Part shown: piece by piece, positions 8,559 to 19,730 of the stretch
Layout of the letters: every line of letters begins with the position of its first letter
Position numbering within the stretch: position 1 is the stretch's first letter
Source of the DNA: a virus
Direction: 5' to 3' (one strand)
IMG/VR virus record: IMGVR_UViG_3300009181_000064
Span: 7,229 to 71,228 of that record
DNA length: 64,000 bases
Made by a program: the position numbers and the translations under genes
Notes under the pieces: model-generated
Told to the model about the DNA's origin: nothing
What the model saw: only the letters and a program-made list of their open reading frames with translations
The model's database searches: none

Positions 8559-10429
8559 TGGCAAATTTACGAATTGCGGAACTAGATTTCGATACCATAA
8601 AAGATAATCTAAAAGAATTTCTAAAGAATTATACTGCGGAAGATGGTGCACCGTATTTTACCGATTTTGATTTTGAAGGTTCCGGCATAGCAATTCTACT
8701 TGACGTGTTGGCATATAATACACACTACAATGCTTATTTGGCAAGTATGGTTATTAATGATATGTTTTTAGATTCTGCAGTCAAACGTGCATCTGCAGTA
8801 TCAATTGCAAAACATCTAGGATACACTCCGTTATCTACAAAAAGCGCCAGAGCAAAATTAACATTTAATGTAACATCTCCTACAAATACTCCAAACTTTT
8901 TAACTCTGCAAAAGTATACACCATTTACTACAACAATTGATGAAACAGAATTTACCTTTGTAAATTTAAATGCAGTAACAATAGAACCCAATGTAGGATA
9001 TTATAATTTTGCAAATGTTGAAATCGCAGAAGGAATTCCGTTAGAATATACTTATAGTGTAGATGTACCAGGGCCTGCTGAAAAGTATGTGATACCAAAC
9101 AATAATGTAGATACATCAACAATACAAGTTGTAGTACAAAATTCTTTTGCAGATACAACACAAGCAGTTTATACTTTAGCAGAAGATACTATTGGGGTTG
9201 AAGGCACGGATACTGTTTATTTTATAGAAGAAACTCCTGCCGGATTTTTTCAAATATATTTTGGCGACGGAGTAATTGGTAAAAAATTAGATAGAAACAA
9301 TTTAGTTACAATATCTTATTTAATTAGTAATGGTACTCTTGGTAATGTTTCGGGAAATATTGTCCAACAATTTACATGCGGTTCTCAGATAGGCGGCGGT
9401 TCAGTTGACGGTAAAATTACTGCAGCTACAAATTCTCACGGTGGATTATCTAAAGAAGATATAGATAGTATTAAATTTAGAGCCCCTAGATATCTGTCAT
9501 CTCAAAATAGAGCCGTATCTGCTTCTGATTACAAAGCATTAATTGAAAAGAATTATCCTTTAGTAGAATCAGTTGCGGTATGGGGAGGCGAAACTAATAA
9601 TCCTCCGATGTATGGTAAAGTAATTGTGTCGTTAAAACCATACGATGGATATGAAGTAACACAAACTACAAAAGATGATATTAAAAATTTAATTTTACAA
9701 TCTAAACAGGTAATATCAATAACACCCGAATTTGTAACTCCGGATTATTTTTATATTAATTTAACGGTTAATGTAAAATATGAAGGTGTAAAGACATCTC
9801 TTTCATCTACAGATATTAAAAATTTAGTAATTGCAGAAATACAAAATTATTTTACTACAGATTTACAAAAATTTGATAAAGATTTTGTATTTTCAAAATT
9901 ATCAAGACAAATTGACAACGTGCAAGAAGACATTATTCTTGGCAACTTAATGACTGTTAAACTACAGAAAAGAATTGACCCTGTTTTAAATAGTACGGTA
10001 AACAATTATACCAGCGGCAATATTATACAATTTAAAAACGGATTAGAACCGGGTTCGTTTGAATCCTCAAGATTTATTGTTTCGATTGATAGTGTTGCTG
10101 TAGAATGTATTCTTAAAGATACTCCAAACGATATAACTCCTAATAGAATTGGGACGGGAAAAATAAAATTAGTAAACGGTGATTCTGGTGCGGTAATTAC
10201 TGATAATTATGGCGTGATTGATTATGGTACTGGTGATATTTCCATTGATAGTTTATCTTTAATAGGATATCCTGCGGATGGTGTAGATGTTAGATTGACA
10301 GCAACCGTGCAGGATAGTTATTTAGATGTCACTGTGGATAAAAATCAAATTATATTATTGGATGATAGCACACTAAATTCTAATGCAAATAGATTACAGG
10401 GGTTAACTGTTAACGCCATCTCAATATGA
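8558..10429 (+). CDS. gp6: Baseplate wedge subunit gp6
   Basis: ELDFDTIK.NLK.FL, FTDFDFEGSG...LLDVLAYNTHYNA, FGDGVIGKK, SQNRAVSASDY, VWGGE.N.PP.YGKV. Confidence 0.93.
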   Translation: MANLRIAELDFDTIKDNLKEFLKNYTAEDGAPYFTDFDFEGSGIAILLDVLAYNTHYNAYLASMVINDMFLDSAVKRASAVSIAKHLGYTPLSTKSARAKLTFNVTSPTNTPNFLTLQKYTPFTTTIDETEFTFVNLNAVTIEPNVGYYNFANVEIAEGIPLEYTYSVDVPGPAEKYVIPNNNVDTSTIQVVVQNSFADTTQAVYTLAEDTIGVEGTDTVYFIEETPAGFFQIYFGDGVIGKKLDRNNLVTISYLISNGTLGNVSGNIVQQFTCGSQIGGGSVDGKITAATNSHGGLSKEDIDSIKFRAPRYLSSQNRAVSASDYKALIEKNYPLVESVAVWGGETNNPPMYGKVIVSLKPYDGYEVTQTTKDDIKNLILQSKQVISITPEFVTPDYFYINLTVNVKYEGVKTSLSSTDIKNLVIAEIQNYFTTDLQKFDKDFVFSKLSRQIDNVQEDIILGNLMTVKLQKRIDPVLNSTVNNYTSGNIIQFKNGLEPGSFESSRFIVSIDSVAVECILKDTPNDITPNRIGTGKIKLVNGDSGAVITDNYGVIDYGTGDISIDSLSLIGYPADGVDVRLTATVQDSYLDVTVDKNQIILLDDSTLNSNANRLQGLTVNAISI

Positions 10430-12207
10430 GTAGAATAACACAAAAATTATCTAAGATATTTGACGCGCAAATCCCCGAGTTTATTCGGGTAAGTGAAGCG
10501 ACAATTACTAATACTGAAGTAATATCCACAACTGCATCTTCAAAAAATGTTACTGTTGGGTCAACATTAAATTTACTTGCAGGGGATAGATTATCACATC
10601 CATCAATAACAAATACAGTTTTTGTAACTAAAATTTTAACTTCTACTAGTATTGAAGTAAGTACCAATATTACTGTTACATTGACTAATCAATATGCTAG
10701 ATTTATTAGAGCAGACGGCACATCTAATTTTGTAAAATTCTTAGAAGCATATTATAAATTTTTAGAACAAGATCAATCACCGCAAGAATTATTACAAAAT
10801 TCAAGATTATATGCGGATAGCGACTATACCACTGATAATTTACTTGAACAATTCTTTAAAAATTACGGCAATGATATTCCAAGAAATATTATAGCGGATA
10901 AGCGTACTTTTATAAAGCATTTTAAAGACATATACAAAACAAAAGGAACTGAAGAAGCATATCGTATATTATTCCGAATAATGTTTGGAGAAAAGATAGA
11001 GTTTTTCTATCCCGATTCAGTAATATTAAAAGCATCTGACGGCATTTGGACAAAAGATTATACTATTATAGTAACACCGGTTAATCAATCAAACCCTTAT
11101 GATTTAATAAACACTAAAATTATAGGCAATCGATCAGGTGCATCCGCGGTTGTTAATAGTGTTGTTAAAGTATACCAAAACAATAATTACAACGCCGAAT
11201 CATATGAGTTATCTTTAGAAAATATAAAGGGTAATTTTTTAGTAGAAGAAATTACTGCGTCTAAATTACTAAATGCAACAACAGGTAGTCGGCAAACAAT
11301 TGTTGCATCAACCATACCGCAACTAACAAATTTAACAATTACTAATAGCACACCCGGATATCAGGCCAATGCCGAGATTAGAATAAATGGAGCAAATGTT
11401 GCAATTGATTATATAACTAATACTGGAAAAATTAAAACTATTAGGATTATAAATTCTGGTATATTTTTAGGAAGAACTATCGTAGATGGTGTTGTACTGG
11501 CATCATCTTTTGAACCGGTGTATATTGATCCGCCAACTCGCAATATATTAGGCAATGTAACAATTACATCAAATATAGCGACGTTTGTATCAGACACCCC
11601 GCATGGATTTAGTAAAAGTAATTATGCCAACGTATATTTTTATGGAAATGCTGCAAGTTCGGTAAATGGTTTAGTTTCAAATGCAATTGTATATACCGTA
11701 TTAGACGATAAAAGATTTAGATTTCAATATGTTGCTGCAGCCACAAATACTAAGGCAAATTTAATTTATACTCAGCCTGCAATATTACAAAGTAATTTGG
11801 GGATATTACGGGAAAGTTCTGGATATTGGAAAAATGGTCAAGGTAAATTGTCCAGTACAATTTATATTCAAGGTCCAGCAGTTGATGCGCCTGATCCTAG
11901 GAAAATATATTATCAACCATTTTCATACGTTGTTAAAAGTCAAGTATCAATTGATAATTGGGCAAATGTTGCTGCATCCACGGTACATCCTGCGGGTATG
12001 CAATTTTTTAGTGAAATAGATACCACAAATAAAGTACTTTCAAACATTAGTACTACTGTAAATAATGAGGTTTGGGATTATTTAGGAATAACGGCAGATA
12101 TGTCTTTGCCTCAGTTTAATGCAAGTATGACAACTTATTCAAATAGCAGAGTCGCTAATTTAAATATTACATCAGATCATGTTTTTTATCTGTTCAGTTA
12201 TCTATAA
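10426..12207 (+). CDS. gp7: Baseplate wedge initiator (gp7-like)
   Basis: QIPEF, FVKFLEAYYKFLEQ, IYKTKGTEEAYRILFRIMFGE, ILKASDGIW, YYQPFSYVVKS, VHPAGMQFF; lies between gp6 and gp8. Confidence 0.72.
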   Translation: MSRITQKLSKIFDAQIPEFIRVSEATITNTEVISTTASSKNVTVGSTLNLLAGDRLSHPSITNTVFVTKILTSTSIEVSTNITVTLTNQYARFIRADGTSNFVKFLEAYYKFLEQDQSPQELLQNSRLYADSDYTTDNLLEQFFKNYGNDIPRNIIADKRTFIKHFKDIYKTKGTEEAYRILFRIMFGEKIEFFYPDSVILKASDGIWTKDYTIIVTPVNQSNPYDLINTKIIGNRSGASAVVNSVVKVYQNNNYNAESYELSLENIKGNFLVEEITASKLLNATTGSRQTIVASTIPQLTNLTITNSTPGYQANAEIRINGANVAIDYITNTGKIKTIRIINSGIFLGRTIVDGVVLASSFEPVYIDPPTRNILGNVTITSNIATFVSDTPHGFSKSNYANVYFYGNAASSVNGLVSNAIVYTVLDDKRFRFQYVAAATNTKANLIYTQPAILQSNLGILRESSGYWKNGQGKLSSTIYIQGPAVDAPDPRKIYYQPFSYVVKSQVSIDNWANVAASTVHPAGMQFFSEIDTTNKVLSNISTTVNNEVWDYLGITADMSLPQFNASMTTYSNSRVANLNITSDHVFYLFSYL

Positions 12208-12238
12208 TAAATAATAAAAAATTAGTTGGAAAAAAGTA

Positions 12239-13546
12239 ATGGCGCAAATTATCACAGAAAATTTTAGAGTTTTTAGCGCGGCCCAATGGATAGGGTCGGT
12301 TAGCGACACTAATAGTTTATACTTATTTGTAGGTAGACCACAAAATTGGCCTAGTGAACCAACACCTTCGACTCCTATTAATAATGAATATCAAGATTTA
12401 ATATACTGGTCAGAAACAATTGCATTAAAAAGAATATTACCAACAGATTATAAACAGGTAGTAAAAAGATATGATTGGTCCGCAGGAGTAGTATTCACTC
12501 AATACGATAATTTATCATCTAATATATACGGATCAAATTTTTATGCATTAACTGTAGACAACAATGTATATAAATGTATATCAAATAATTATGGTGCGGT
12601 TTCAACAACTAAACCAACTGGAAAACTAACTTCTATAATTACAACTGCTGATAGTTATAGATGGAAATATTTGTATTCTTTAACAGATAGCGATTTACTA
12701 AAATTTTTAACAGTTGATTATATGCCTGTTAACATTGATAATGATGTAACATCTACAGCAGTAAAGGGTACAATTGATAATATTATAGTAACGAATGCAG
12801 GCAATCTGTATTCTACAAATTCAAATATTATAATTTCTATATCAGGAGATGGAGCAAGTGCAGAAGCAGGCCAAGTATTGTTAACCGGCGCAAATACAAT
12901 TAATAAAATTGGGATATCCTTAAACGGAAGCAATTACACATATGCAACCGTGGCAATTTCTGGGGGCGGCGGCAGTAATGCAACGGCAAGAGCAATCGTA
13001 TCGCCTAAGAACGGACATGGGTCAAATGTGTATTCTGAATTAGGTGCAAGATATGTCATGATTAATTCGAGATTAAATTATGCAGAAGGATCTGGTGATT
13101 TTCCTGTTATAAATGATTATAGACGAATTGGAATTGTTAAAAACCCAATATCAAATACTACATCTACAGTTGCTACAGAAACAACATTAAATAGTACATA
13201 TACGTTGGCAGTATCAAATATTACTGGAACATTTACTATAGATGAAAAGGTGTATGGTAATAATACCAATGCTAATGGATTCATTGTTAGCGCAAACGCA
13301 AATGTTACTACTGGTAATGGCATAATTAGATATATTACTCCGATAGAATTATATTCTGGCAATGTTACTTTTCAGATTGGCGAAACAATACAGGGTAGTA
13401 ATTCTTTTGCAACAGGGAGAATTACAGGAATAACTGTTCCGGAAGTAAATAAAAATACAGGTCAAATTTTATATGTGGAAAACCGCACTAAAATAACAAG
13501 AAATTCTGACCAAGCAGAAAATATTCATATAGTTATAGAATTCTAA
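12239..13546 (+). CDS. gp8: Baseplate wedge subunit gp8
   Basis: YLFVGRPQ.W, RYDW..G, VYKCISNN.GA.ST.KPT, YRWKYLY, NDYRRIGIVKNP, GQILYVENR..ITR..DQ.E.I.IVIEF. Confidence 0.9.
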   Translation: MAQIITENFRVFSAAQWIGSVSDTNSLYLFVGRPQNWPSEPTPSTPINNEYQDLIYWSETIALKRILPTDYKQVVKRYDWSAGVVFTQYDNLSSNIYGSNFYALTVDNNVYKCISNNYGAVSTTKPTGKLTSIITTADSYRWKYLYSLTDSDLLKFLTVDYMPVNIDNDVTSTAVKGTIDNIIVTNAGNLYSTNSNIIISISGDGASAEAGQVLLTGANTINKIGISLNGSNYTYATVAISGGGGSNATARAIVSPKNGHGSNVYSELGARYVMINSRLNYAEGSGDFPVINDYRRIGIVKNPISNTTSTVATETTLNSTYTLAVSNITGTFTIDEKVYGNNTNANGFIVSANANVTTGNGIIRYITPIELYSGNVTFQIGETIQGSNSFATGRITGITVPEVNKNTGQILYVENRTKITRNSDQAENIHIVIEF

Positions 13547-13555
13547 GGTAAACAA

Positions 13556-16500
13556 ATGGCTGTAAATTTAACATCAAATCCATATTATGACGATTTTGAC
13601 AGTACTAAGAATTTTTATAGAATTCTTTTTAAACCCGGTACTCCAGTTCAGGCAAGAGAATTAACACAAATACAATCAATTCTGCAAGATCAGATTAAGA
13701 AATTTGCGAATCACATATTTGTAGATGGTAGCAGAATATTAAGTGATGATCCTGTATCAATTACAGTTAATGATAAAGTCCGCTCAGTTAAATTGCAACC
13801 AGATGTGAATACAGCAAATTTACTACCCTATTTAAATAAATTTGTTTCAGGCGTAACATCTAATATTATAGGTCGAGTTAATTTTGTATTTGATGCAGAT
13901 AACCCTACCGTAACTGATCCTCCTACATTAGTTATATCTTTAATTAAGAGTGACGGACTAAGTGAATTTAATTCAGCAGAAACATTATATTTTTATGACA
14001 CAATTGCTCAAGCAAACGCAAAAGCGGCGGCCGCATTAACTGTAACTACCGCAGGAGATAATTTTGTGTTTGCGGTTGCAACACTTGACGCATATTCTGA
14101 TACAATCACTCTTATTTCTTCTACGGGAACAATTCGTGTAGGAGATCAAATTGTAAATACTCCTAGTATAGAAGACGATGTATTTGTTACTAAAGTAAAT
14201 TCTGCTACAAGTGTTACTGTGAATAAGAATGTGGGTGTTACAGACACAAATTTTAATCTACAATTTAAATCAAGAAACACAAGCCCAACATTAATTCTTA
14301 ATAGCAGTTCTGGTGTATATTATAAAAACGGGTTCTTTATTAGAGTACCAACACAATCAATTGTGCCACAAAAATATACAGCATACCCTACAAAATCTAT
14401 AGTCTTAAAATACGAAGAATCTATTGTGAATTATAATGACGATAGTTCTCTATTAGATCCTGCATTTGGTAGTTCAAATTATTTAGCACCAGGGGCTGAC
14501 AGACTAAAAATTAATTTAGTTTTAGATAGTGTAGATTTGACAAGCGACAATAAACCAGATATTACTGGAGAATATGTCGAAATTGTTAGATACAAAAACG
14601 GCAATGCGGATTTTATTGAGTCTGGATCTGATTCAAAATATGCAGATCTAGCAAGAACATTAGCTGATAGAACTTATGCGGAATCTGGTAATTATATTGT
14701 TGATCCATTTGAATTAGAAAGTGCAGGAAGTAGTTCTGATGGTAATTCTGTAAAGTTTTTTGCAAATCCTGGCAGAGCATTTGTCGGAGGATATGATGTT
14801 GCAACATTAGGAAAAACAGAATTAGATATCCCAAAAGCAACAACAACTAATTATGCAAATACGTTTAATATTAATACTTTCTTTGGAACATATGTTTTAA
14901 TAGATTCGCCGCAATTTGGATTGCCCGCATTAACAGATATAGATTTTGCAAATTTCTATGCATGTCATAGTACAACAGATAGAACTGCAATGAATAATAA
15001 TACAATTGTGGGGTATGTTATACCTAAACATATTGAATATGAAACTGGAACAAGCACAAGTGCTGCCTATAGATTTTATTGGTACTATTATGAGCAGGCC
15101 TCCACAACACTAACACCTGATAATATTAGATCTGTGATTGGAGTACAAAATCCAATTTCAACCGATTATGGCAATACTGGAACATATAACGCACCTACAT
15201 TTTTTGCAAATATACATCCTACGTTAGGATTGACAGGTGGGCCTACAAGTAATAGTTATTTAAGATATTATGATGTTTCTCAAAGTAGAAATGTTTTTAG
15301 AATTGGTAAAACCAATGTAAAAAGCGTAACTAATAATAGAGTAGTATACTCTAAATTATTTGCAAGTCAAGCAGTTACTGGAAGTACTGCAACCTTAACT
15401 TTAATTGCTCCTAATAAATTTGTAGGTGCGTTAGGCGCAACTGTTTCTAGTACACTAAAAAGAGATTATTATACAATAGTTGTAAAGTCTGCATCTTCCG
15501 GTACATATAGCACCGGCCGGTTTGTTCCAACTGAAGATGTCACTATGACAGTTGATTCTTCCGGAACACAATTATCTATTTCGTTTGGCGGAAATTTAGT
15601 TACAGGAACAATTGATGTAATTGCTTCTGTTGAAAACGACATACTACCAAGAAGAACAAAAACATTAGTTGAAAATCAATCATATGTAGCAAATATAAAT
15701 GTTGGCAAAGCAGATTATTCTGTATTAAAATCTGACGTATTCAACTATAAAGGTATCTATAAAGTTGGTTCAAGTAATGTATTTGTGGGTAATTACAGTT
15801 CCGGTACTGTATATGTGGCAAATAATTTAGTTCAGGCAAACGGATTAATATATTATGCAAATGCTGGAAGTACTGGCCAATCTTTAACAAATACCGCTTA
15901 TTGGAAACCTGTTGCAAAAGAATCGTTCTTAAAATATTATTTAGATTCGGGTCAATCTGATAATTGGTATGACCATGGCAAAGTTCGATTCTTAAATGAC
16001 ACTGCGCAAACTCCGGGCAATGTTATAATTGTTTTTGATTATTTTACACATTCCGGTGAGGGAGCTATAGATGCAGAATCATATCCCGCGTCATTATATT
16101 CAAAAATTCCAACGTATACTTCTACGCTAGATGCGCAACAGTTTGTGTTAAGGGACTGTTTAGACTATAGACCACGCAGACAAGACGATACCTCAATTCC
16201 TCCGAATGGAATATATGCTAATCGATTATCCAATATTTTCTATTTTGATAATTACATAAAACCAAATCCAACAGAAGTTCCTGGTACAGAAGCAGACATT
16301 GAATTTTATTTGGGCCGCATAGATAGATTATATGTACAAAATAGAGATGCGAGTGCAGATGGTTCAAGAAATAAATTTAAAATTGATTATGGAATACCTG
16401 CAGTTAACCCCGTAGCTCCCCCAGATAATACAGATAGCACTCGTCAATTAATTGCAACTTTAAATGTTGCTCCGTATACTGCTGGCGCCTCAGACGTAAA

Positions 16501-17074
16501 AGTTGTTTCTAATGATGCTCCTAGATATACGATGAAGGATATTAATGTTATTGATAAAAAACTTGCAGCATTAGAAAAACGAGTTAAAAAACAAGGATTG
16601 GATATTATAGCATTAAATAATGTTGTATTTGATAGAAATGGATCTAAAGGGAATGTGTTATATAAAACAGGTATTCTTGTAGATAATTTTTCTGATTATG
16701 GTTCAGGATATGTTAACAAGCCGGAATTTACAGCTGCTATAGATACTGCTAGACAAGAATGTAGACCAGCGTTTGCGGCAATTCAACATAATTTGTTTTT
16801 TGTAACTGATCCTGATGTTGCAGTATTTAATGATTTTATTACTATGAAATACACTGAGGAAGAATTTATAAGTCAAACAATAGCAAGCGGTACAAATGTA
16901 AATCCAAATCCATCAGGAATTACTGCAGATAATGGAAGAGCAGTTATTTATCCTCCAGTTATTCCTCGGGTTGTTCCTCGCGTAAATGAGCCAGGTCAAA
17001 TATTAGCATGGGGGCTTTCTAGAAATAATCCAAATGATCGAAATGTAGATGCAAGTGAACAAGGCGGTGAGTAA
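13556..17074 (+). CDS. Large virion structural protein (DUF4815/VrlC-like), N-terminal part
   Basis: NPYYDDFD..KNFYRILFKPG.PVQARELTQIQSILQ.QI, APGADRLKI, LA.RTY.ESGNY, RYTMKDI..I, K.GILVDNF. Confidence 0.75.
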   Translation: MAVNLTSNPYYDDFDSTKNFYRILFKPGTPVQARELTQIQSILQDQIKKFANHIFVDGSRILSDDPVSITVNDKVRSVKLQPDVNTANLLPYLNKFVSGVTSNIIGRVNFVFDADNPTVTDPPTLVISLIKSDGLSEFNSAETLYFYDTIAQANAKAAAALTVTTAGDNFVFAVATLDAYSDTITLISSTGTIRVGDQIVNTPSIEDDVFVTKVNSATSVTVNKNVGVTDTNFNLQFKSRNTSPTLILNSSSGVYYKNGFFIRVPTQSIVPQKYTAYPTKSIVLKYEESIVNYNDDSSLLDPAFGSSNYLAPGADRLKINLVLDSVDLTSDNKPDITGEYVEIVRYKNGNADFIESGSDSKYADLARTLADRTYAESGNYIVDPFELESAGSSSDGNSVKFFANPGRAFVGGYDVATLGKTELDIPKATTTNYANTFNINTFFGTYVLIDSPQFGLPALTDIDFANFYACHSTTDRTAMNNNTIVGYVIPKHIEYETGTSTSAAYRFYWYYYEQASTTLTPDNIRSVIGVQNPISTDYGNTGTYNAPTFFANIHPTLGLTGGPTSNSYLRYYDVSQSRNVFRIGKTNVKSVTNNRVVYSKLFASQAVTGSTATLTLIAPNKFVGALGATVSSTLKRDYYTIVVKSASSGTYSTGRFVPTEDVTMTVDSSGTQLSISFGGNLVTGTIDVIASVENDILPRRTKTLVENQSYVANINVGKADYSVLKSDVFNYKGIYKVGSSNVFVGNYSSGTVYVANNLVQANGLIYYANAGSTGQSLTNTAYWKPVAKESFLKYYLDSGQSDNWYDHGKVRFLNDTAQTPGNVIIVFDYFTHSGEGAIDAESYPASLYSKIPTYTSTLDAQQFVLRDCLDYRPRRQDDTSIPPNGIYANRLSNIFYFDNYIKPNPTEVPGTEADIEFYLGRIDRLYVQNRDASADGSRNKFKIDYGIPAVNPVAPPDNTDSTRQLIATLNVAPYTAGASDVKVVSNDAPRYTMKDINVIDKKLAALEKRVKKQGLDIIALNNVVFDRNGSKGNVLYKTGILVDNFSDYGSGYVNKPEFTAAIDTARQECRPAFAAIQHNLFFVTDPDVAVFNDFITMKYTEEEFISQTIASGTNVNPNPSGITADNGRAVIYPPVIPRVVPRVNEPGQILAWGLSRNNPNDRNVDASEQGGE

Positions 17075-17102
17075 TGGATCGTACTAATATCAAAGGAAAC
17101 AA

Positions 17103-17786
17103 ATGAGTTTTTTAAAAAATTTTATTAAAGGGGTTACAACGCTTGCGAAAATATCTGCCAAACTAATTCCAATCGCAATAGATAACCTAACAATCCCAGG
17201 TGTGACTAGAGGAGCTATCAAGTTATTTGGCGCATCTGCTAGAGCAACACAAATAACGGCAGGACTAACCCCAACCGGATGGGTACAAACAGTACAAGAT
17301 ATTAATACTTTAGCATTGGCAGATAGAATGCGAAGTATTGTGTTAAAAGATACAATAACAATAAAAAATTCTGTAGATATTATTGTTAGTAATGGTGCAG
17401 GAAATGTTGTAAATCAAGCAACTGTTGAAACTTTTAATGGTGGAGTTCCTTCAAATTTCGCGTCATCAAATAGTATTGTAAGAAATAGTTACAATGTAAT
17501 ATTACCTGAAAAGAAATTTTATAGTAACACCCAAAGTAATACTGCCAATGTTAATAATTTTGATTCGTATGTAACAAATATATTAGATAATAATGCGGTG
17601 TATGCTGCTGCAAATGTTAGATCATCAGTAGAATATGCAATAAACAAAGGGTATACTGCAGATTGGACAAATTTAAACGCTTCAAGTTTTGATGTTAGTA
17701 TGAATACATTAGATGTACAAGACCTTGCAGAATTAAATATAGCAAGAATAAAAACATCATTCTTAAACAATAAGTATTTCGGATAA
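17103..17786 (+). CDS. Hypothetical virion-associated protein
   Basis: 227 aa ORF with its own SD (AAAGGA), between the two DUF4815-like genes; amphipathic N-terminus. Confidence 0.55.
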   Translation: MSFLKNFIKGVTTLAKISAKLIPIAIDNLTIPGVTRGAIKLFGASARATQITAGLTPTGWVQTVQDINTLALADRMRSIVLKDTITIKNSVDIIVSNGAGNVVNQATVETFNGGVPSNFASSNSIVRNSYNVILPEKKFYSNTQSNTANVNNFDSYVTNILDNNAVYAAANVRSSVEYAINKGYTADWTNLNASSFDVSMNTLDVQDLAELNIARIKTSFLNNKYFG

Positions 17787-17791
17787 TTAAA

Positions 17792-19507
17792 ATGACTATT
17801 GCAACTCGTACATCATCGTCGGTTATAAATTTTGACGTATTTAATTTACCCCCATATACATCTTTAAGTATATGGGTAAATGGTACAAATCATACAGCAG
17901 TATCTTCCCCATTGAATGGATACATCGGGGATGAAATAATTACTGATGGCGCCGGCCGCGCAAGAGGCGCAATCATATTGAATGAGATGTGGACATCGTT
18001 TGATGGGGATATACAAATTTTGTTTAAAGATGGATCTGAAAGAGACTCTATATCCAGCTCTCCAAAGAAATCAATTTTTGCAAGTGTGACTGCAAATAGA
18101 GCAGATGAGGCATTATCAAATGGAGGAAACTCTGTTGTGCCAGGAGCAACAAATAGAGGTCAAGAAGCATCTACAACATTGACACCGCTTACTCAAACAT
18201 TTTTTGTAGATGCCGGAAAATATCCGCAAGGGTTGGCAATTACTTCTCTTGAATTATATTTTTCAACTAAAGATTCAGAATTACCAGTATCAATTGAATT
18301 TAGGCGTGTTACAAATGGTGTCCCTTCTGCAGGAGATGTTATTCACGGAACTCCAGTCGCAAAACTTTCGTCTGAGGTAAATGTTCCCACAAATCCAAAT
18401 TCTGGAATTGGCCCGTCGACAAAATTTAGTTTTAATCCAATGTATTTTTCACCTGGAGAATATGCATTCTCTGTTATATCAAATTCTCCTAATTACACAT
18501 TATATTCTGGAAAATTGGGTGCAACAGTATTAGGAACAGGTGAAATTGTTAATAAAGAACCGTATACCGGAAGATTATTTAAAGCACAAAATACAAATCT
18601 ATGGCTTGAAGAAACAAATACAGATTTATGTTTTAAAATTAATAAAGCAAAATTTGAAACCGGAACAGCAACTTTCGAATTACAAACTGCGGTAACACCT
18701 GAAATACAATTTGATAGTGTATATTTAGATACCGCTAGTTATAATTTTGGAGATTTAACAAATATAAATTACACATTAAAAGGAACTCGCTGGCCAGATG
18801 GTGCGGTGCAACCATATGTTGATTTTAAAGAAAAAACTCCGTTTAATTTAGTTGCTCGTTTTAGAACAAGAGACGCAGGGGATACAAAGGTTGCCATAAC
18901 ATTTACAAATAACAATCCAGATATTTCTCCGTTTATTGACAAAGGAAGAACTGTATTATATTCATTTAAAAACTTAATTGACCCGTTTGAAGTAGATACA
19001 CGCGATTCAGAATTATATTATGGAAACGGTGTAGCTGCTTCAAAATATATTAGTAAGATCATAACTCTTGAAGAAGGATTTGACTCTACAGGATTAGAAG
19101 TTAAACTGGATGTTAATAGAAGAACAGGTACCGATATAGGGGTTTATTGCAGAGTTATTAGCGCTTCAGATAATGGAATAGATTCATCTATAGAAAAACG
19201 AGATTGGAGAATAATGCCGTTATTTAATCAAAATGCAACGGTATCAAATCAAGCTAGTTATAGTGGTAATATTGGAAAAACATTTGCTGGAGCAGAAACA
19301 GAATTTTATACTGAAACCTATAAGATTTTAGAGGGAGATTCTGCAGCAACAACTGGTACTGCTAATTTGTTATATACTGCAGACATTGGTGGAGTTAATA
19401 CAACTTTTAATTCTTTCAATAAATTTCAAGTTAAAGTAATATTTTATGCAACGAATTCTACAATTGTACCTAAAATTAAAAATTTAATAGGAACAGCGGT
19501 AATTTAA
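17792..19507 (+). CDS. Virion structural protein (C-terminal part of the DUF4815/VrlC-like family)
   Basis: PLTQTFFV, ITSLELYF.TKD..LPV.IE.R...NG.P, PY.G.LFKAQN...W, DL.FKINKA.F, SKYISK.ITL, VPKIKNL. Confidence 0.7.
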   Translation: MTIATRTSSSVINFDVFNLPPYTSLSIWVNGTNHTAVSSPLNGYIGDEIITDGAGRARGAIILNEMWTSFDGDIQILFKDGSERDSISSSPKKSIFASVTANRADEALSNGGNSVVPGATNRGQEASTTLTPLTQTFFVDAGKYPQGLAITSLELYFSTKDSELPVSIEFRRVTNGVPSAGDVIHGTPVAKLSSEVNVPTNPNSGIGPSTKFSFNPMYFSPGEYAFSVISNSPNYTLYSGKLGATVLGTGEIVNKEPYTGRLFKAQNTNLWLEETNTDLCFKINKAKFETGTATFELQTAVTPEIQFDSVYLDTASYNFGDLTNINYTLKGTRWPDGAVQPYVDFKEKTPFNLVARFRTRDAGDTKVAITFTNNNPDISPFIDKGRTVLYSFKNLIDPFEVDTRDSELYYGNGVAASKYISKIITLEEGFDSTGLEVKLDVNRRTGTDIGVYCRVISASDNGIDSSIEKRDWRIMPLFNQNATVSNQASYSGNIGKTFAGAETEFYTETYKILEGDSAATTGTANLLYTADIGGVNTTFNSFNKFQVKVIFYATNSTIVPKIKNLIGTAVI

Positions 19508-19508
19508 A

Positions 19509-19730
19509 ATGTTTGTCAAATTAGAAAATGAAAATAGCTTTGTCAAAAGTACAAAAAATAATTCTTTGATCAATCAAGATTTTGCAGGATTAAAAGAATA
19601 TAAGAATAAAAAAGAAACTGCTAATAAAATGATACAACTCTCAGATGAAATAAATAATATGAAATCGGATATTTCTGAGATAAAATCATTATTACAACAA
19701 TTAGTAAAACAGCCTCAGTCGGGAAAATAA
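19509..19730 (+). CDS. Small coiled-coil hypothetical protein
   Basis: 73 aa ending EINNMKSDISEIKSLLQQLV, a type common downstream of DUF4815 genes in T4-like phages. Confidence 0.65.
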   Translation: MFVKLENENSFVKSTKNNSLINQDFAGLKEYKNKKETANKMIQLSDEINNMKSDISEIKSLLQQLVKQPQSGK

